A DNA stretch of 61,461 nt from a virus (lineage: Duplodnaviria > Caudoviricetes), in IMG/VR virus record IMGVR_UViG_3300026120_000001, positions 1 to 61,461 of that record. One strand, 5' to 3'. Every line of letters begins with the position of its first letter. Within the stretch, counting starts at the first letter, position 1. Of this stretch, positions 46,075 through 56,813 are shown piece by piece. The translations under genes and the position numbers were made by a program. Below the pieces are notes generated by a model. It was not told the DNA's origin. It did no database searches and was given only the letters and a program-made list of their open reading frames with translations.

Positions 46075-46102
46075 TAAGGGGGGGCTTTATGCCCCTTTTT
46101 AT
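46075..46102. terminator. terminator at convergence of the two arms
   Basis: AAGGG.GGGGC-TTTAT-GCCCCTTTTT hairpin between convergent genes. Confidence 0.7.
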
Positions 46103-46104
46103 CA

Positions 46105-46791
46105 TCAGTATTCCTCAACTGACCCCAAACTATCCACGATATAGTGAATATCAAATTCCTTACCCAAAACATCCCCAGTTACATCAGTATCATCTCTATA
46201 TATTTTAGCCTCAAAAAAAGAACTAACCCCAGTAATCCCAGTGCTATCTATTGTTCCAAAAGAACTAATCTGCAACATAGAACCACTCACATATGGTATT
46301 TCCACAGAAGATGTCTCAACGGTAGTAAATGAAGGAACAACATCCCCATTGCTATACCACCTATAATCCATCTTCCATGTGGGTGTCGTAGATTCGGTTT
46401 GAATCCAATGTATATGTGGGTGTATGGATGTACCCATCTTCCAATTATGAGCCATCTGGGCTATAATAAACACCTTCTCAGTGGAATCGCCATTAGGAAA
46501 CAATAGTCCAAGGTTGGTTTCATCAAAATCTGGTTTTAAATTAGCCCCCGTTTTTGTCTGTGTAAATGGAAACCTCAAATCATCCCATCTATCACCCTGA
46601 CCGTTTTCCACTCCCCCTAGAGTAATACCATCTCCAATAAACCAAATACCCAAATCTATATCAAATACAGTGGTTTCTTTTGGAAAGACCAGTGTTTCCC
46701 TCTTGTCTGTACTCGTTCTAAACACCCCAGTCCCTATAATTTCATCTTTCTTTAGTAGAGTCTGAAACATCTCAGTTGCTTTTTTAGACAT
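46105..46791 (-). CDS. hypothetical (probable virion) protein
   Basis: 228 aa, HPHIHW motif, last gene of late operon. Confidence 0.6.
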   Translation of the reverse strand: MSKKATEMFQTLLKKDEIIGTGVFRTSTDKRETLVFPKETTVFDIDLGIWFIGDGITLGGVENGQGDRWDDLRFPFTQTKTGANLKPDFDETNLGLLFPNGDSTEKVFIIAQMAHNWKMGTSIHPHIHWIQTESTTPTWKMDYRWYSNGDVVPSFTTVETSSVEIPYVSGSMLQISSFGTIDSTGITGVSSFFEAKIYRDDTDVTGDVLGKEFDIHYIVDSLGSVEEY

Positions 46792-46792
46792 G

Positions 46793-46993
46793 TTATGCCG
46801 CCGTTATGGTTACAATTGAAGTCCCATTATTGTATTTATAAACATCGTTGGTTCTATCCCAAATAAACACACCAACAGGAATGTTTGTATTAATATCAGC
46901 CGCATCCATTTCAACCACTGGCATATTAAACGTATTCTGGTCAGCCTGACTACCAACAAAAGATTTTATTGCACCGCGATTCAAATAAGACAT
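46793..46993 (-). CDS. hypothetical protein
   Basis: 66-aa coupled ORF. Confidence 0.6.
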   Translation of the reverse strand: MSYLNRGAIKSFVGSQADQNTFNMPVVEMDAADINTNIPVGVFIWDRTNDVYKYNNGTSIVTITAA

Positions 46994-47415
46994 TATATTC
47001 TCCCTCTGTAAACGATTTCTTCAAAATCCACTCTATTCATTTTCTTACCCGGACATGCATTTGGCATCCACTGTGGTCTATGATATTCTATTTTTAAATT
47101 CTTACTAAACAATCTACATAATTCATGATATAAAATCAATGATTCATTCATTTGTTCAATAGTTGGTTCATACTTGTGAAAATCCCCAACCAAACAGATT
47201 CCGATACTATCATCATTTTTCCTTTTAGCATGAGCACCAACTAGCTTTATATCACGCCCTTTCTGAAACCTACCATTCTTAGGTATAACAAAATGATAAC
47301 CGACATCATCCCATCCGTTTATATGAATGTGATAACGTCTAAATGACTCAACATCACCACCATCAGTTAAACTGTGGTGCCATATAATACGATTTGTTTC
47401 ATTTCTTGCAATCAC
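46993..47415 (-). CDS. endolysin, N-acetylmuramoyl-L-alanine amidase (Amidase_2, T7-lysozyme-like)
   Basis: IIWHHS, GWDDVGYHFVI, GAHA..KN..SIGIC, H......ACPG. Confidence 0.92.
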   Translation of the reverse strand: MIARNETNRIIWHHSLTDGGDVESFRRYHIHINGWDDVGYHFVIPKNGRFQKGRDIKLVGAHAKRKNDDSIGICLVGDFHKYEPTIEQMNESLILYHELCRLFSKNLKIEYHRPQWMPNACPGKKMNRVDFEEIVYRGRI

Positions 47416-47621
47416 AGGAATATATCCTTAATTATATAAGAAAGAATAGCAACTATAAAACTTCTATTGATCCAAGTATCTGTTTTTCTAGATCTCTCCA
47501 AATCAACAAGTCTGCTTATCATACCCGGTTTTTCGAGAGTCCCCTTTAAAAAATCTTTAATCTCTCGAACATCTTCTTTTATTTCTTTCAATGTATCCTC
47601 ATGCATTTTACACTGATCCAT
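47412..47621 (-). CDS. putative holin-like protein
   Basis: coiled-coil N-terminus, C-terminal hydrophobic helix, immediately upstream of endolysin. Confidence 0.45.
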   Translation of the reverse strand: MDQCKMHEDTLKEIKEDVREIKDFLKGTLEKPGMISRLVDLERSRKTDTWINRSFIVAILSYIIKDIFL

Positions 47622-47623
47622 AA

Positions 47624-50600
47624 TTACTCTCTCATTTCATCCAGTTTCTCTGTTGTGTTTGCAATTATCTCATACATGTGTGATAAACCCGTAGCTGGTT
47701 GTCCTACGGTGGAGAGGGCTCTTACTAATTCTTTTCTTAACTGTTCATCATCTTTATATGTTGCCACCCCCTTTGCATATTTAGTTAATCTATTACTCAG
47801 ACCTAAGAAAGTCTTCAATGATTCAACCACAGGCTGTTCTCCAGACACTGGGTATCCTCGTATAAAACTAGATATTAATCCACCAATCAATGGGTACATT
47901 CCAGCATTGGCACCAATATAACCAAATAACATCTTTTTCCACCACTCTTCATCCTCTCCTTTACCCCTCAAAGTACGGATTCCCTCTCTAAGAGTAGTAA
48001 CCAATAATGGTTGAAGGATAAGAACCACAGAAAGGTCTCTAATACCCTCCATCTGTGACTTGGTGTCTTTATTCTGTATTCCTTTTTTGAGTTTATTAAT
48101 ACCAGTTCTAACCATCATCAAATTCTTAATTGGTTGCGATGTAAACATAGTTAATGGTTTTAACAACTCAATATTTGTTATAATTGGTCTGTGTGCAGAA
48201 CCAAAGGTTGGCTGTGTTCTACGGATAATGGTTTCTAACCTTTTTGTTGCTTTATCCCAAAATTCAGGAGTATCATACTTATACCCTTGTTTCTCTAATT
48301 CTTTTCTAACATCAGTACAAACAGCACTGATTGCCACCGAATCAGATAATGTTATCCAACTCATTATTCCTTCACCAGTAACAAAATCTTCCATAGTTCT
48401 TTCAGAAAACTTTTTTATCCCCTTCTTTGGAAACACCATATTTCTAGCTGATGCTTGAGACATATATTCACCAATATCTCTATCGATAGCTCCATTATAT
48501 CTTTCCCAAAGAAACGGACTGTGTTCTATAAAATCACTCAAGTTTCTTCTATTTTCTTTATGATTGAAAATATTGAAAGATGAAATACCCTGCGTCCAAA
48601 TATTAACATAGGACAATGGTTGCAAAAAGAAAACATTTGGATTATATCCCAACACACCAACCGTTTTTAATTTTCTGAAAAACTTAAATATGTTAACAAC
48701 ACCTCTAAAAGATCTCTCTCTTCCAGTACCATCAATTTGATTCAAAATAGTTTTAATTATTTTTAGTTCTTGTTCTTTACCATTTTCAATCATGAAATCT
48801 CTAAATGTTGTTTTCTTACCATTGGCTTTTACTACAGCTGAATTGTCATCAATCAATCTCTTGATGTCCCTAATAGGTAAAGCCATTCCAATATAATCAG
48901 AAACCATCTCATTGGTTCTAGCCATTGCTTCAATAGAACCTTCAAGAACAATAGGATTTGAACCCTTTTTTCTCATCTTGAGGTTATTAAATTTGGCTTC
49001 TCTAGTAAATTCTTGAAATGAATTTAATGTTGTTTCTTGATCTTTATATTTCTGTGTAAGAGCTTTAGTTCTTAATGGGTGGTAATTTTCTTCATCAGCA
49101 AGTTTATACCCAAGGTCTTTCATAGAAACCTTGTTTATTTCATCTCCTTGAAACTCAAAATATTTACCAACAGCTCTAGCTAATTGTTTTTCAGAAACAG
49201 TCATGTCTTGAAGTATATCTCTAAGTATCTGAGGAGATAATTTAAACACCTTGTTACTGTTTTCTTCTAAAACAATACCACCATTTTCAGACAATAAGTG
49301 TCTTATACCATCTCTACTTTCTGAAATCCTTGCAATAGCAACACGCTGATCCTTAGAGATTGAGAATTTTTGACCATTAATATCTGTATATGTTGTTTTT
49401 TCTACTTCTGTTTTTTCATTTCTTTTAAGGTTTCTAAAAAAATTAGGCAAACCTTTTGTAAAAGCCTCTGAAAACGTAGCAATATCTTTTATTTCAGATA
49501 TTTCTTTTTGAAATAATTCTATGGAATTCTTTTTAAATTCATTCTTTTTGTTTTCACCTTCAATGATTGGTTCTAAAACTATTTTTTTAAACACACCATC
49601 ATCATCAAAATTATCAAGGGAATTTAAAATATATTCCAAATTAACAGTAGATAAATCAAATGTTTTTAAAGCATCCTTAATTTTTTTAAGAATGACATCA
49701 CGGAACTTCATGTCCACAACATCTGGTTTTTCATTAAAATATTCTATGGCTTGATCTATTAATCTCTGTGCTTTCTTTTGTATTTTTTCGCTTTTTTCTT
49801 TTTTTATTCCATTTTTAACATCTGAAAACTGAGATTTTAACTCTTGAAGTTCATATGTTTTGGCTTCAATATAGGTTAAAACATCAACTATTTCATCTTC
49901 TAGTTTTAATTTTTCAAACCCCCGTTTCAGTTGTTTGTATCTTTTCTTACCCTTTGCAGTAAAAGCAACTCTTTTATCATTTGTTTCCGGATTGGTTCTA
50001 ATTTCAACATATCCATTTTCCAACAATTGACCTAAAGTTGGTCCTATCTTAACAGAACCATCAGAATTGAGAGGAGCATCATAAGATGTTCTCTCATACA
50101 TGATGTCTAACCTTCTAAATTCATTGACCTTTTCCAGAATTGGAGTAAGTTGGTTGATTAGAAACTTTATTTGGTCAGGAGACTTCGTTTTAAGCCCCCT
50201 AGAGGCCCGATTAAACTTAGTGACTGCCCTAGATAGGTCTCCTCTATAACTCGCTCTGTCAATAAGGTCTATGGCCTTCTGGAGGTTCTTATCAACAAAC
50301 CTACCATTTTGTCTATCGTTAGTGTTTGCCTTATTGACCAATTTAATCAATCTTTGTTTGTCACCACTAGTATAAACATGATTCAAAGCAAAACGAAGTA
50401 TTCTGTTCTTTGTTCCTTTTAAAGACTTTGCTGTTTCTAAAAGAGTACGAGCTTTTATTTTATTTTTTAATCTAATCTTTTCTCTTTCAGAAAAGGGTTT
50501 AGACAAATCCCGTTGTCTTTTAGCATCCCCAGCTTCAGAAACAATGGCTGGAATGTCTTGTAATTCTTGAACTTTATAAAATATAGCACTAACCAAATCG

Positions 50601-53600
50601 TCAATTTCCTTAGATTCTGGTTTAGTGTTAAGTATTTTACCAAGAATTTCTCTAATTTTATTAAACAGTTTCTTTACAACACCTTCTGTTTCTTGAATTA
50701 CTTCTTGGTTTAAAGAACCATCTTTGTTAAAAAACTTAGTTCCTATTTTTTCAACATTTGTAGCAACCCACTCTTGAAACTGTTCTTCGATATTTTCTCC
50801 ATATTCAAGTCTTATAGCAACACGAAGATCACTACCTTCATCTCTACGAAAAAGATCTCTAGCATAAGATTCAAGTTCTGGAAACTTTTGAAACACCTTG
50901 AATGCGCCAAAGTGACCAATAGCCTCATGAATCAAAGTTCCCATACTATCTGGATGGTTTGTATTTATTGTTATTAAAGCAGTTCCATCATCAGTTATAG
51001 TAAAACCACCATATACTTCAGAATTTTCTTCCATGAAGGTATCAACGGGTTTTCCTTTGTATCTAGCTGGTGATTTAGGATTACCAAAAGCAATTTGAAA
51101 CTTATCCTTTCCAAACAATTTAAATATATCACGAACAGATTTAACCGTCAATGAACGATTATCACCACGTTTCATCTTATTTCTAAGTCTAATTGAACCG
51201 TCTTTTTGAATAGACAATGAATCACTTTTAAGAACAGAGGTGGCATATATTTCAATTTCCTCTAATCTTGAATCATATTCTGTTTTTGAAATAAGACCTT
51301 CTTTTAAATCAGAATCAATCTTGTTTTTTGCTTTTTTTGTTAATCTTTCAACTTTATCAAATTCAGCAGTGTCTTCAGCAACACCTTCAGAAACAACTTC
51401 TGTGGCTGATACACTTCTATCTTCTATTGTTTTATCGTCTTCTGTTGTTTGGTTATCATCATAATTAACTTCTTCAATATAAGAACGAGTATTGAGTTTT
51501 TCAATACTATTTAATATTTCTTTATCTATATCTACATTAATTTTTTTACCTGTGTCTGTTCTAGGATTAATATTGGTGGTAATATATTCTACACCATCTA
51601 TTGTCTCCTTTTTAAACAGATTAATAGAACTACCTTTTTTACTTGTTCTTTTATTCAATAAATTTTTGTGTTTGTCTTGATTATATGGAACAAACCCTTC
51701 AGATAATATCTCTCGCATGGCATTAACATCAGCCATTTGTTTTGGGGTTCTTTCATCTCCAGTTTCTTCAAATCTTTTGTTTGCTTGTTGTTTTCTACCT
51801 TTTTTAGAAGCCTCACCTGTTTTTGTTTTTCTTTCCTGTGCTCTTTCTTTAACAACAGTTTTAGAATCAGGGGTTCCAATTTTTTCGACAATCTCTTCAA
51901 CCAATTTGAAATTTTTTCTAAACCTACCACTTTTACCTTTGGATGGTATATCTAAATTAGTGGCAATATTTCTAATTTGTTCTACAGGCAATTGGTCGAG
52001 TTCTTCAATTGTTGCTTTTTTTTCTGAGATTATCTTATTAAATATCTCAGTGTTGTCTGTAATGGACTTAGGAGCCTCTGTGGTCCCAGAAACTTGTTCT
52101 TGAGTATCTACGGTACCCCCATCAGTTTCTTGAGCTTCTAGTGGTGTTTCTGTGGGTTTAAAGGTTTCAAGTGTTTCTCTATATTTTTGATTAACTTCTT
52201 CTACTGTTGCAGACAATGGGGCGTAGAAAGAAGTTTCTTTTCCCTTATCTCTTATAGTAAACTGCAATGATGGTTCGATTGTTTTTCTTGCGGATTTTAC
52301 ACCTTGTTGTATTCCATCAAAACTAACATTGTCTATTTTCGATGCAATCTCATTACCATGATCAACATCAGCATCTGTCCCCTCTAGGACAGTCAATTCT
52401 GAATCGACTTGTGTGTCAATATCTTTATTTCTTTTATTATTATATATATTAGTAAATAGTTCTTTATACTTAGTAGGTAACTGAGTATCTATAAAATCTT
52501 CTACTTCTTTAGTAGATTCTTCATTAAATATATCTTCATTAAAGGTAACACCATCCTCTGTTTCTCCTTTAATATTGGATGATTCCCAATCAATCACTTT
52601 AACATTACCATCAGTATCAATGATTACATTACCTTCTCTTGATTTCTCATTGTTTTCAAAACCAATATGAAAATCATTATGAAGAACATCATTGTTATGA
52701 ATAGTGGCTAAAGTTTCAGCTAATTTGGTTACTATATTTTCAGCATTTTGATTGTCTTCAGATATTATATTACCAGCATCTTGGCCTTCAACAAAATCAA
52801 CTTCAACTGTGTTTTCATCTATTTGTTTTGTTTCTGGTATGATATTAGTGTCTTTTAATTTGTTATAAACAGATACATCTTTTTCAGCAGCACCTTGTTT
52901 ATACTGTTTTATTATTTTACCCCCCTGTTTTACAACATTGGTTCGTTTTGTGTCTCTAAGTTGAATCGATTCTGTATCGGTTGGTTGCTCATCAACCACA
53001 ATTTCCTCTGTAACGTCCATAGAGGGCTCTGTGGGTTCAGAAACTTCATCAGTAGTAGTCTGAGTAGTTTCATCAGTTTCTTGAGCTTCTAGTGGTGTTT
53101 CTGTGGGTTCTACTATTCCAAGTTCTTGTTGTTCTTCTTGGGTAAGATCCTGTTCTTCTGCAGAAATTTCATCAATGTTTTCAGGAGTAGTAACTTCTTC
53201 TATAGTACCTAAATATTCTCCGGTTTCTGAATCCACTACTTCTAGTGGTTCTAAATTATTTTTTCTTCTATGTGCAACAACTTCAGTTGGTATAGATGAT
53301 ACCACACCAAGACCACCACCAGTTGCTATTGCTGTAGTAGCTCCCTCGATACCTTCACCCAACGCATCCATGAATGTTGCATCTGGGTCGGAACCAAATA
53401 TTTTATTTGAAAAAGTTTGAGCAAAACCAGCTGAAAATTCCTCTATAGCTTCTTCTTTCATAGAATTTTTAACTTTACCAAGGATTCTACCTATAGAATT
53501 ACCCATTATTTTCTTAGCTGTTTTTTCACCAAACTCTTTAGACATAATGGAAAACAATTGTCTAAGTGGTCTTGTTATTTGAACAGAACCTGTACTTTCA

Positions 53601-54940
53601 AACACACCTTCTATAACACCATTAAAAAAAGCATTTAATGTGGCAGCTTCAAAATTTTGTTCTGTTAATCCTTGATCTACTTTATCCCAATATTCATCCA
53701 TTTGTCCAGTTGCTGTTATGGCACCAAGTCCACCAACCATAGTTGCTTGTGGTACTCCAACAACAGAACCAGCTATAATTCCAGCTAATTGGGGTATTTG
53801 ACCTATTGCATTAATGGCCACTCGTTTAGCGGCATCATTGGTTTTGCCTTCAGACAACAGTTTCACAACATTGTCTGGTCCAATATATTTTTGTACTTTT
53901 TCTTGATTTTTCTTTTCTATTTCTTCTAGTTCTTCTGTTGCTGGTGAATCACCAAAATATTTATCTAAAAATCCCCTTTGGTCTCCAGTTGGTAAATTAA
54001 CACCAGGAACCACATTTAAAATTTTGTTTGCTATTGAACCACCCCCCAGAGCAATTTCAGCAACACCCCTAGGAAGTCTATTGATTGATGATGCTAAATT
54101 GGCTAAGTTTCCTTTAAAACTAGCACCAGCAGCCTCACCAAAAGACACCCCTTCGACTTGTTCTTGCTGTGTTTCATCAACAAGTAGTCCAGACATGAAT
54201 TGTTCAAATTCGTTTGGTTCTTCTGTTGTGGTTTCTTGTTCTACAAACTGTTGACCATAAAGATTAGACAGTTCGTCATAGGCGTTCATCACACCTCGTC
54301 TGTGTTGCAAAATCTCGTTGTATTTCTGCTGTTTGATTTCATCAACAGACATATTTTTTATGCGTTCATTATTTGAATATTTTTTTATTTTTTCAGCAAC
54401 ACCACCCAAAGAAAATGTGTTTATTATTTCGTCATTCCAGTCAGTGCCTTTATTGTTAGCAATTTTAATAGCTTCATCCACAACACCAGAACCAGCGTTG
54501 TATGCAGCCAATATTTTATTTACATCACCATCATATTTTTTATCTAATCGATCTACGAATTTAGCAGCAGCCTCAGCAGATTGTTCTGGGTTGTTTGGAT
54601 CTATACCGTATTGTTTTGCTGTGGATGGAATAAACTGAAATAAACCTTTAGCTCCAGTGTGTGATACTGCTGTGGGGTCAAGTCCAGACTCGTGTTTGGC
54701 AATGGCTTGCATGAAAGTCGGATTGAGATTATAATTATCAACCTTTTCTGCAATAACATTCAGAATTGGATTATCATAATTATAAGACTGTGATTGGGGT
54801 TTTTCCACAGTTTGTTTTTCTTGCGTTTCTACACTTTTTGTATCACCAATAAGAGAAAGAAAGTCATCCTCCGTGAAGGATTGACTTTCTTCTTCCTCTG
54901 GTTCTTGTCCTATGAGTGACAGAAATTCTTCTTCATTCAT
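47624..54940 (-). CDS. giant polyvalent internal virion (ejection) protein: SLT lytic transglycosylase + protein-kinase-like + zincin HEAIGH domains
   Basis: AIAKHESG...GAKGLFQF...AAYNAG; LHNDFH...NV...IDW; TLIHEAIGH. Confidence 0.8.
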   Translation of the reverse strand: MNEEEFLSLIGQEPEEEESQSFTEDDFLSLIGDTKSVETQEKQTVEKPQSQSYNYDNPILNVIAEKVDNYNLNPTFMQAIAKHESGLDPTAVSHTGAKGLFQFIPSTAKQYGIDPNNPEQSAEAAAKFVDRLDKKYDGDVNKILAAYNAGSGVVDEAIKIANNKGTDWNDEIINTFSLGGVAEKIKKYSNNERIKNMSVDEIKQQKYNEILQHRRGVMNAYDELSNLYGQQFVEQETTTEEPNEFEQFMSGLLVDETQQEQVEGVSFGEAAGASFKGNLANLASSINRLPRGVAEIALGGGSIANKILNVVPGVNLPTGDQRGFLDKYFGDSPATEELEEIEKKNQEKVQKYIGPDNVVKLLSEGKTNDAAKRVAINAIGQIPQLAGIIAGSVVGVPQATMVGGLGAITATGQMDEYWDKVDQGLTEQNFEAATLNAFFNGVIEGVFESTGSVQITRPLRQLFSIMSKEFGEKTAKKIMGNSIGRILGKVKNSMKEEAIEEFSAGFAQTFSNKIFGSDPDATFMDALGEGIEGATTAIATGGGLGVVSSIPTEVVAHRRKNNLEPLEVVDSETGEYLGTIEEVTTPENIDEISAEEQDLTQEEQQELGIVEPTETPLEAQETDETTQTTTDEVSEPTEPSMDVTEEIVVDEQPTDTESIQLRDTKRTNVVKQGGKIIKQYKQGAAEKDVSVYNKLKDTNIIPETKQIDENTVEVDFVEGQDAGNIISEDNQNAENIVTKLAETLATIHNNDVLHNDFHIGFENNEKSREGNVIIDTDGNVKVIDWESSNIKGETEDGVTFNEDIFNEESTKEVEDFIDTQLPTKYKELFTNIYNNKRNKDIDTQVDSELTVLEGTDADVDHGNEIASKIDNVSFDGIQQGVKSARKTIEPSLQFTIRDKGKETSFYAPLSATVEEVNQKYRETLETFKPTETPLEAQETDGGTVDTQEQVSGTTEAPKSITDNTEIFNKIISEKKATIEELDQLPVEQIRNIATNLDIPSKGKSGRFRKNFKLVEEIVEKIGTPDSKTVVKERAQERKTKTGEASKKGRKQQANKRFEETGDERTPKQMADVNAMREILSEGFVPYNQDKHKNLLNKRTSKKGSSINLFKKETIDGVEYITTNINPRTDTGKKINVDIDKEILNSIEKLNTRSYIEEVNYDDNQTTEDDKTIEDRSVSATEVVSEGVAEDTAEFDKVERLTKKAKNKIDSDLKEGLISKTEYDSRLEEIEIYATSVLKSDSLSIQKDGSIRLRNKMKRGDNRSLTVKSVRDIFKLFGKDKFQIAFGNPKSPARYKGKPVDTFMEENSEVYGGFTITDDGTALITINTNHPDSMGTLIHEAIGHFGAFKVFQKFPELESYARDLFRRDEGSDLRVAIRLEYGENIEEQFQEWVATNVEKIGTKFFNKDGSLNQEVIQETEGVVKKLFNKIREILGKILNTKPESKEIDDLVSAIFYKVQELQDIPAIVSEAGDAKRQRDLSKPFSEREKIRLKNKIKARTLLETAKSLKGTKNRILRFALNHVYTSGDKQRLIKLVNKANTNDRQNGRFVDKNLQKAIDLIDRASYRGDLSRAVTKFNRASRGLKTKSPDQIKFLINQLTPILEKVNEFRRLDIMYERTSYDAPLNSDGSVKIGPTLGQLLENGYVEIRTNPETNDKRVAFTAKGKKRYKQLKRGFEKLKLEDEIVDVLTYIEAKTYELQELKSQFSDVKNGIKKEKSEKIQKKAQRLIDQAIEYFNEKPDVVDMKFRDVILKKIKDALKTFDLSTVNLEYILNSLDNFDDDGVFKKIVLEPIIEGENKKNEFKKNSIELFQKEISEIKDIATFSEAFTKGLPNFFRNLKRNEKTEVEKTTYTDINGQKFSISKDQRVAIARISESRDGIRHLLSENGGIVLEENSNKVFKLSPQILRDILQDMTVSEKQLARAVGKYFEFQGDEINKVSMKDLGYKLADEENYHPLRTKALTQKYKDQETTLNSFQEFTREAKFNNLKMRKKGSNPIVLEGSIEAMARTNEMVSDYIGMALPIRDIKRLIDDNSAVVKANGKKTTFRDFMIENGKEQELKIIKTILNQIDGTGRERSFRGVVNIFKFFRKLKTVGVLGYNPNVFFLQPLSYVNIWTQGISSFNIFNHKENRRNLSDFIEHSPFLWERYNGAIDRDIGEYMSQASARNMVFPKKGIKKFSERTMEDFVTGEGIMSWITLSDSVAISAVCTDVRKELEKQGYKYDTPEFWDKATKRLETIIRRTQPTFGSAHRPIITNIELLKPLTMFTSQPIKNLMMVRTGINKLKKGIQNKDTKSQMEGIRDLSVVLILQPLLVTTLREGIRTLRGKGEDEEWWKKMLFGYIGANAGMYPLIGGLISSFIRGYPVSGEQPVVESLKTFLGLSNRLTKYAKGVATYKDDEQLRKELVRALSTVGQPATGLSHMYEIIANTTEKLDEMRE
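52120..53109. repeat. 39-bp exact direct repeats at 52120-52158 and 53071-53109
   Basis: CATCAGTTTCTTGAGCTTCTAGTGGTGTTTCTGTGGGTT twice (PTETPLEAQETD); offset 951 bp = 317 codons. Confidence 0.95.
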
Positions 54941-56445
54941 TAGTTCATATCCAAAAGGGTGTCTATATATTTAATGGTTTCTGTGAACTTTTTTTGTGAT
55001 TCAGGTGTCCATGTCGCAAACTTTGTTTTGTCTACAGATTTCATTCTGTTTTTAATTTCCATTAGTTGTTCTTTAGACATACCATCAAATTTTTCAAAGT
55101 TGGTTGAGATCGATTGGGCTTTTTCAATCCCACTTTCTGTCATTCTAACTGTTGGGTTTGTGCTAGATCCTTCAGTTGAATACTCTTGTGTTTGTTGGGT
55201 GGACATAGAAGGTCTGGCTATTCCAGTACCAACCAATAAATCATTTACTGTAATTCCTCTTTTTTGTGCAATTGGTTGTAATTCTTTTCTCAATTCATCT
55301 GAAATGTTTCCGGTTTTTCTGAATTGTGATTTAGCTTCTTCCACTAATGTATTATCACCAACCTGATTTCCCCTCGCTGGTTTGTCAAGCATGATATCAG
55401 CAACTGCCTGTCCTTTTTCTATTGCTGAAGCTGTACCGGTTTTTGTTTTATCTCCAGTCGCGGCTGAAAATTTTTGTGCTGCAACAATAGAGGATTGGTT
55501 TTCTTTGGCTAAATCTAATTGTCTATTTAATTCATCCAACTGTTCTTCATAAGCAACCGGGTCAATCGTTTTTTTCTTCTTTTTTTCTTTTAAATCTGTT
55601 ATTTCCTTATTGATTCTGCCAACAATCGTTGCGGCATCCTTTCTCAAATCAAGAAGGGTCGTTGGATCGACTTCCTGTAACTTTTCTTTATTCATTCTTT
55701 TTGATGTGAATTTTTGTCTTTTTCTTTGAATGTTTAATTGTTCGGCTCTTTGTGCTTCAGAAACAGTGGTTGGTCCTATATCTCCAAGACCACGACGTTC
55801 AGAATATTCAGCACCACGTTGGGTTTCATTTTCGGTTCTAAGTTTATCCCCTTCAACGCCGGTTTCCATTTGAATTTTTTGCTGCTGTTGATAATCAGAC
55901 AACTGCTGTCCTCTAGAAAAGGGCTCAGATTCTTGTAGAGCCTTGTTTATGCTGGTATTATCTACATTAGCCATAATACGTGTCATGGTCTTGTAGATAT
56001 CCATGGGGCCTCCTCCGGACTTACTAGTAGCAGCTTGAATCAAAGGTACAGCGAAACCATTAATAACGCGATTAGCGTATTGTTTGCTATCTATTCCTTC
56101 TCCAATTATTCCTTTTTTGGGAGCATATTGTCCAGACTTTTCAAGTCTACCTCTGAGTTTTTCTTTAATTACATTTGGATCTGTTGGTTTGCCACTTTCA
56201 GCAAGACCCATACTCATACCAATATTAGCTAATTCATCATCGTTGAATGAATCAATAACTTGGTTCAAAGAGGTATAAACTATTTCTTTTGCCTTTTTAT
56301 TTTCGTTTAAAAGACGATTGAATTTAATCAACTCGGGCATCTTATTTGATGCAGCAGATATAGCAGAGCCAATATCTCCAATCCAACTGAAATCTTGAAC
56401 ATAATCTCTTGGATTATAGCCGTAATAACCAGCCATTATAACCAC
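54940..56445 (-). CDS. internal virion/ejection protein
   Basis: 501 aa, helical and Gln-rich, coupled to giant protein. Confidence 0.55.
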   Translation of the reverse strand: MVIMAGYYGYNPRDYVQDFSWIGDIGSAISAASNKMPELIKFNRLLNENKKAKEIVYTSLNQVIDSFNDDELANIGMSMGLAESGKPTDPNVIKEKLRGRLEKSGQYAPKKGIIGEGIDSKQYANRVINGFAVPLIQAATSKSGGGPMDIYKTMTRIMANVDNTSINKALQESEPFSRGQQLSDYQQQQKIQMETGVEGDKLRTENETQRGAEYSERRGLGDIGPTTVSEAQRAEQLNIQRKRQKFTSKRMNKEKLQEVDPTTLLDLRKDAATIVGRINKEITDLKEKKKKKTIDPVAYEEQLDELNRQLDLAKENQSSIVAAQKFSAATGDKTKTGTASAIEKGQAVADIMLDKPARGNQVGDNTLVEEAKSQFRKTGNISDELRKELQPIAQKRGITVNDLLVGTGIARPSMSTQQTQEYSTEGSSTNPTVRMTESGIEKAQSISTNFEKFDGMSKEQLMEIKNRMKSVDKTKFATWTPESQKKFTETIKYIDTLLDMN

Positions 56446-56813
56446 CTTTGTCTATCTAAAAACATTCCTTCTACGCGAGTATCTGACATACCGGCGGTTC
56501 TATCAATAGCACCACGTCTAGATTCATCAACCACTTGTTTTTGTAGAGATCTACGTTTTTCAGCCATGTCTTTTTGTTCATCTTCTATTTGCTGGCGTTT
56601 AAATGAGAGTTGTTCTTTATCCAATCTTCGTTGTCTTTCAAAAGATCTTCTATTTATTAACCTTTGTCTCCCAGCATCCAATCGTTGGGTTCTATTCAAT
56701 TTTCTAGACTCTTGTTGGGCTTCCCGCATTCGTTTTGATCGCATTCCAGCACTTATTGCGGCTGTAGTTATACCAACAATAGCAGATATAATTGCTGCTA
56801 CCATATTACACAC
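56436..56813 (-). CDS. small ejection/pilot-like protein
   Basis: N-terminal Ala/Gly hydrophobic helix then Arg/Gln coiled coil. Confidence 0.55.
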   Translation of the reverse strand: MCNMVAAIISAIVGITTAAISAGMRSKRMREAQQESRKLNRTQRLDAGRQRLINRRSFERQRRLDKEQLSFKRQQIEDEQKDMAEKRRSLQKQVVDESRRGAIDRTAGMSDTRVEGMFLDRQRWL

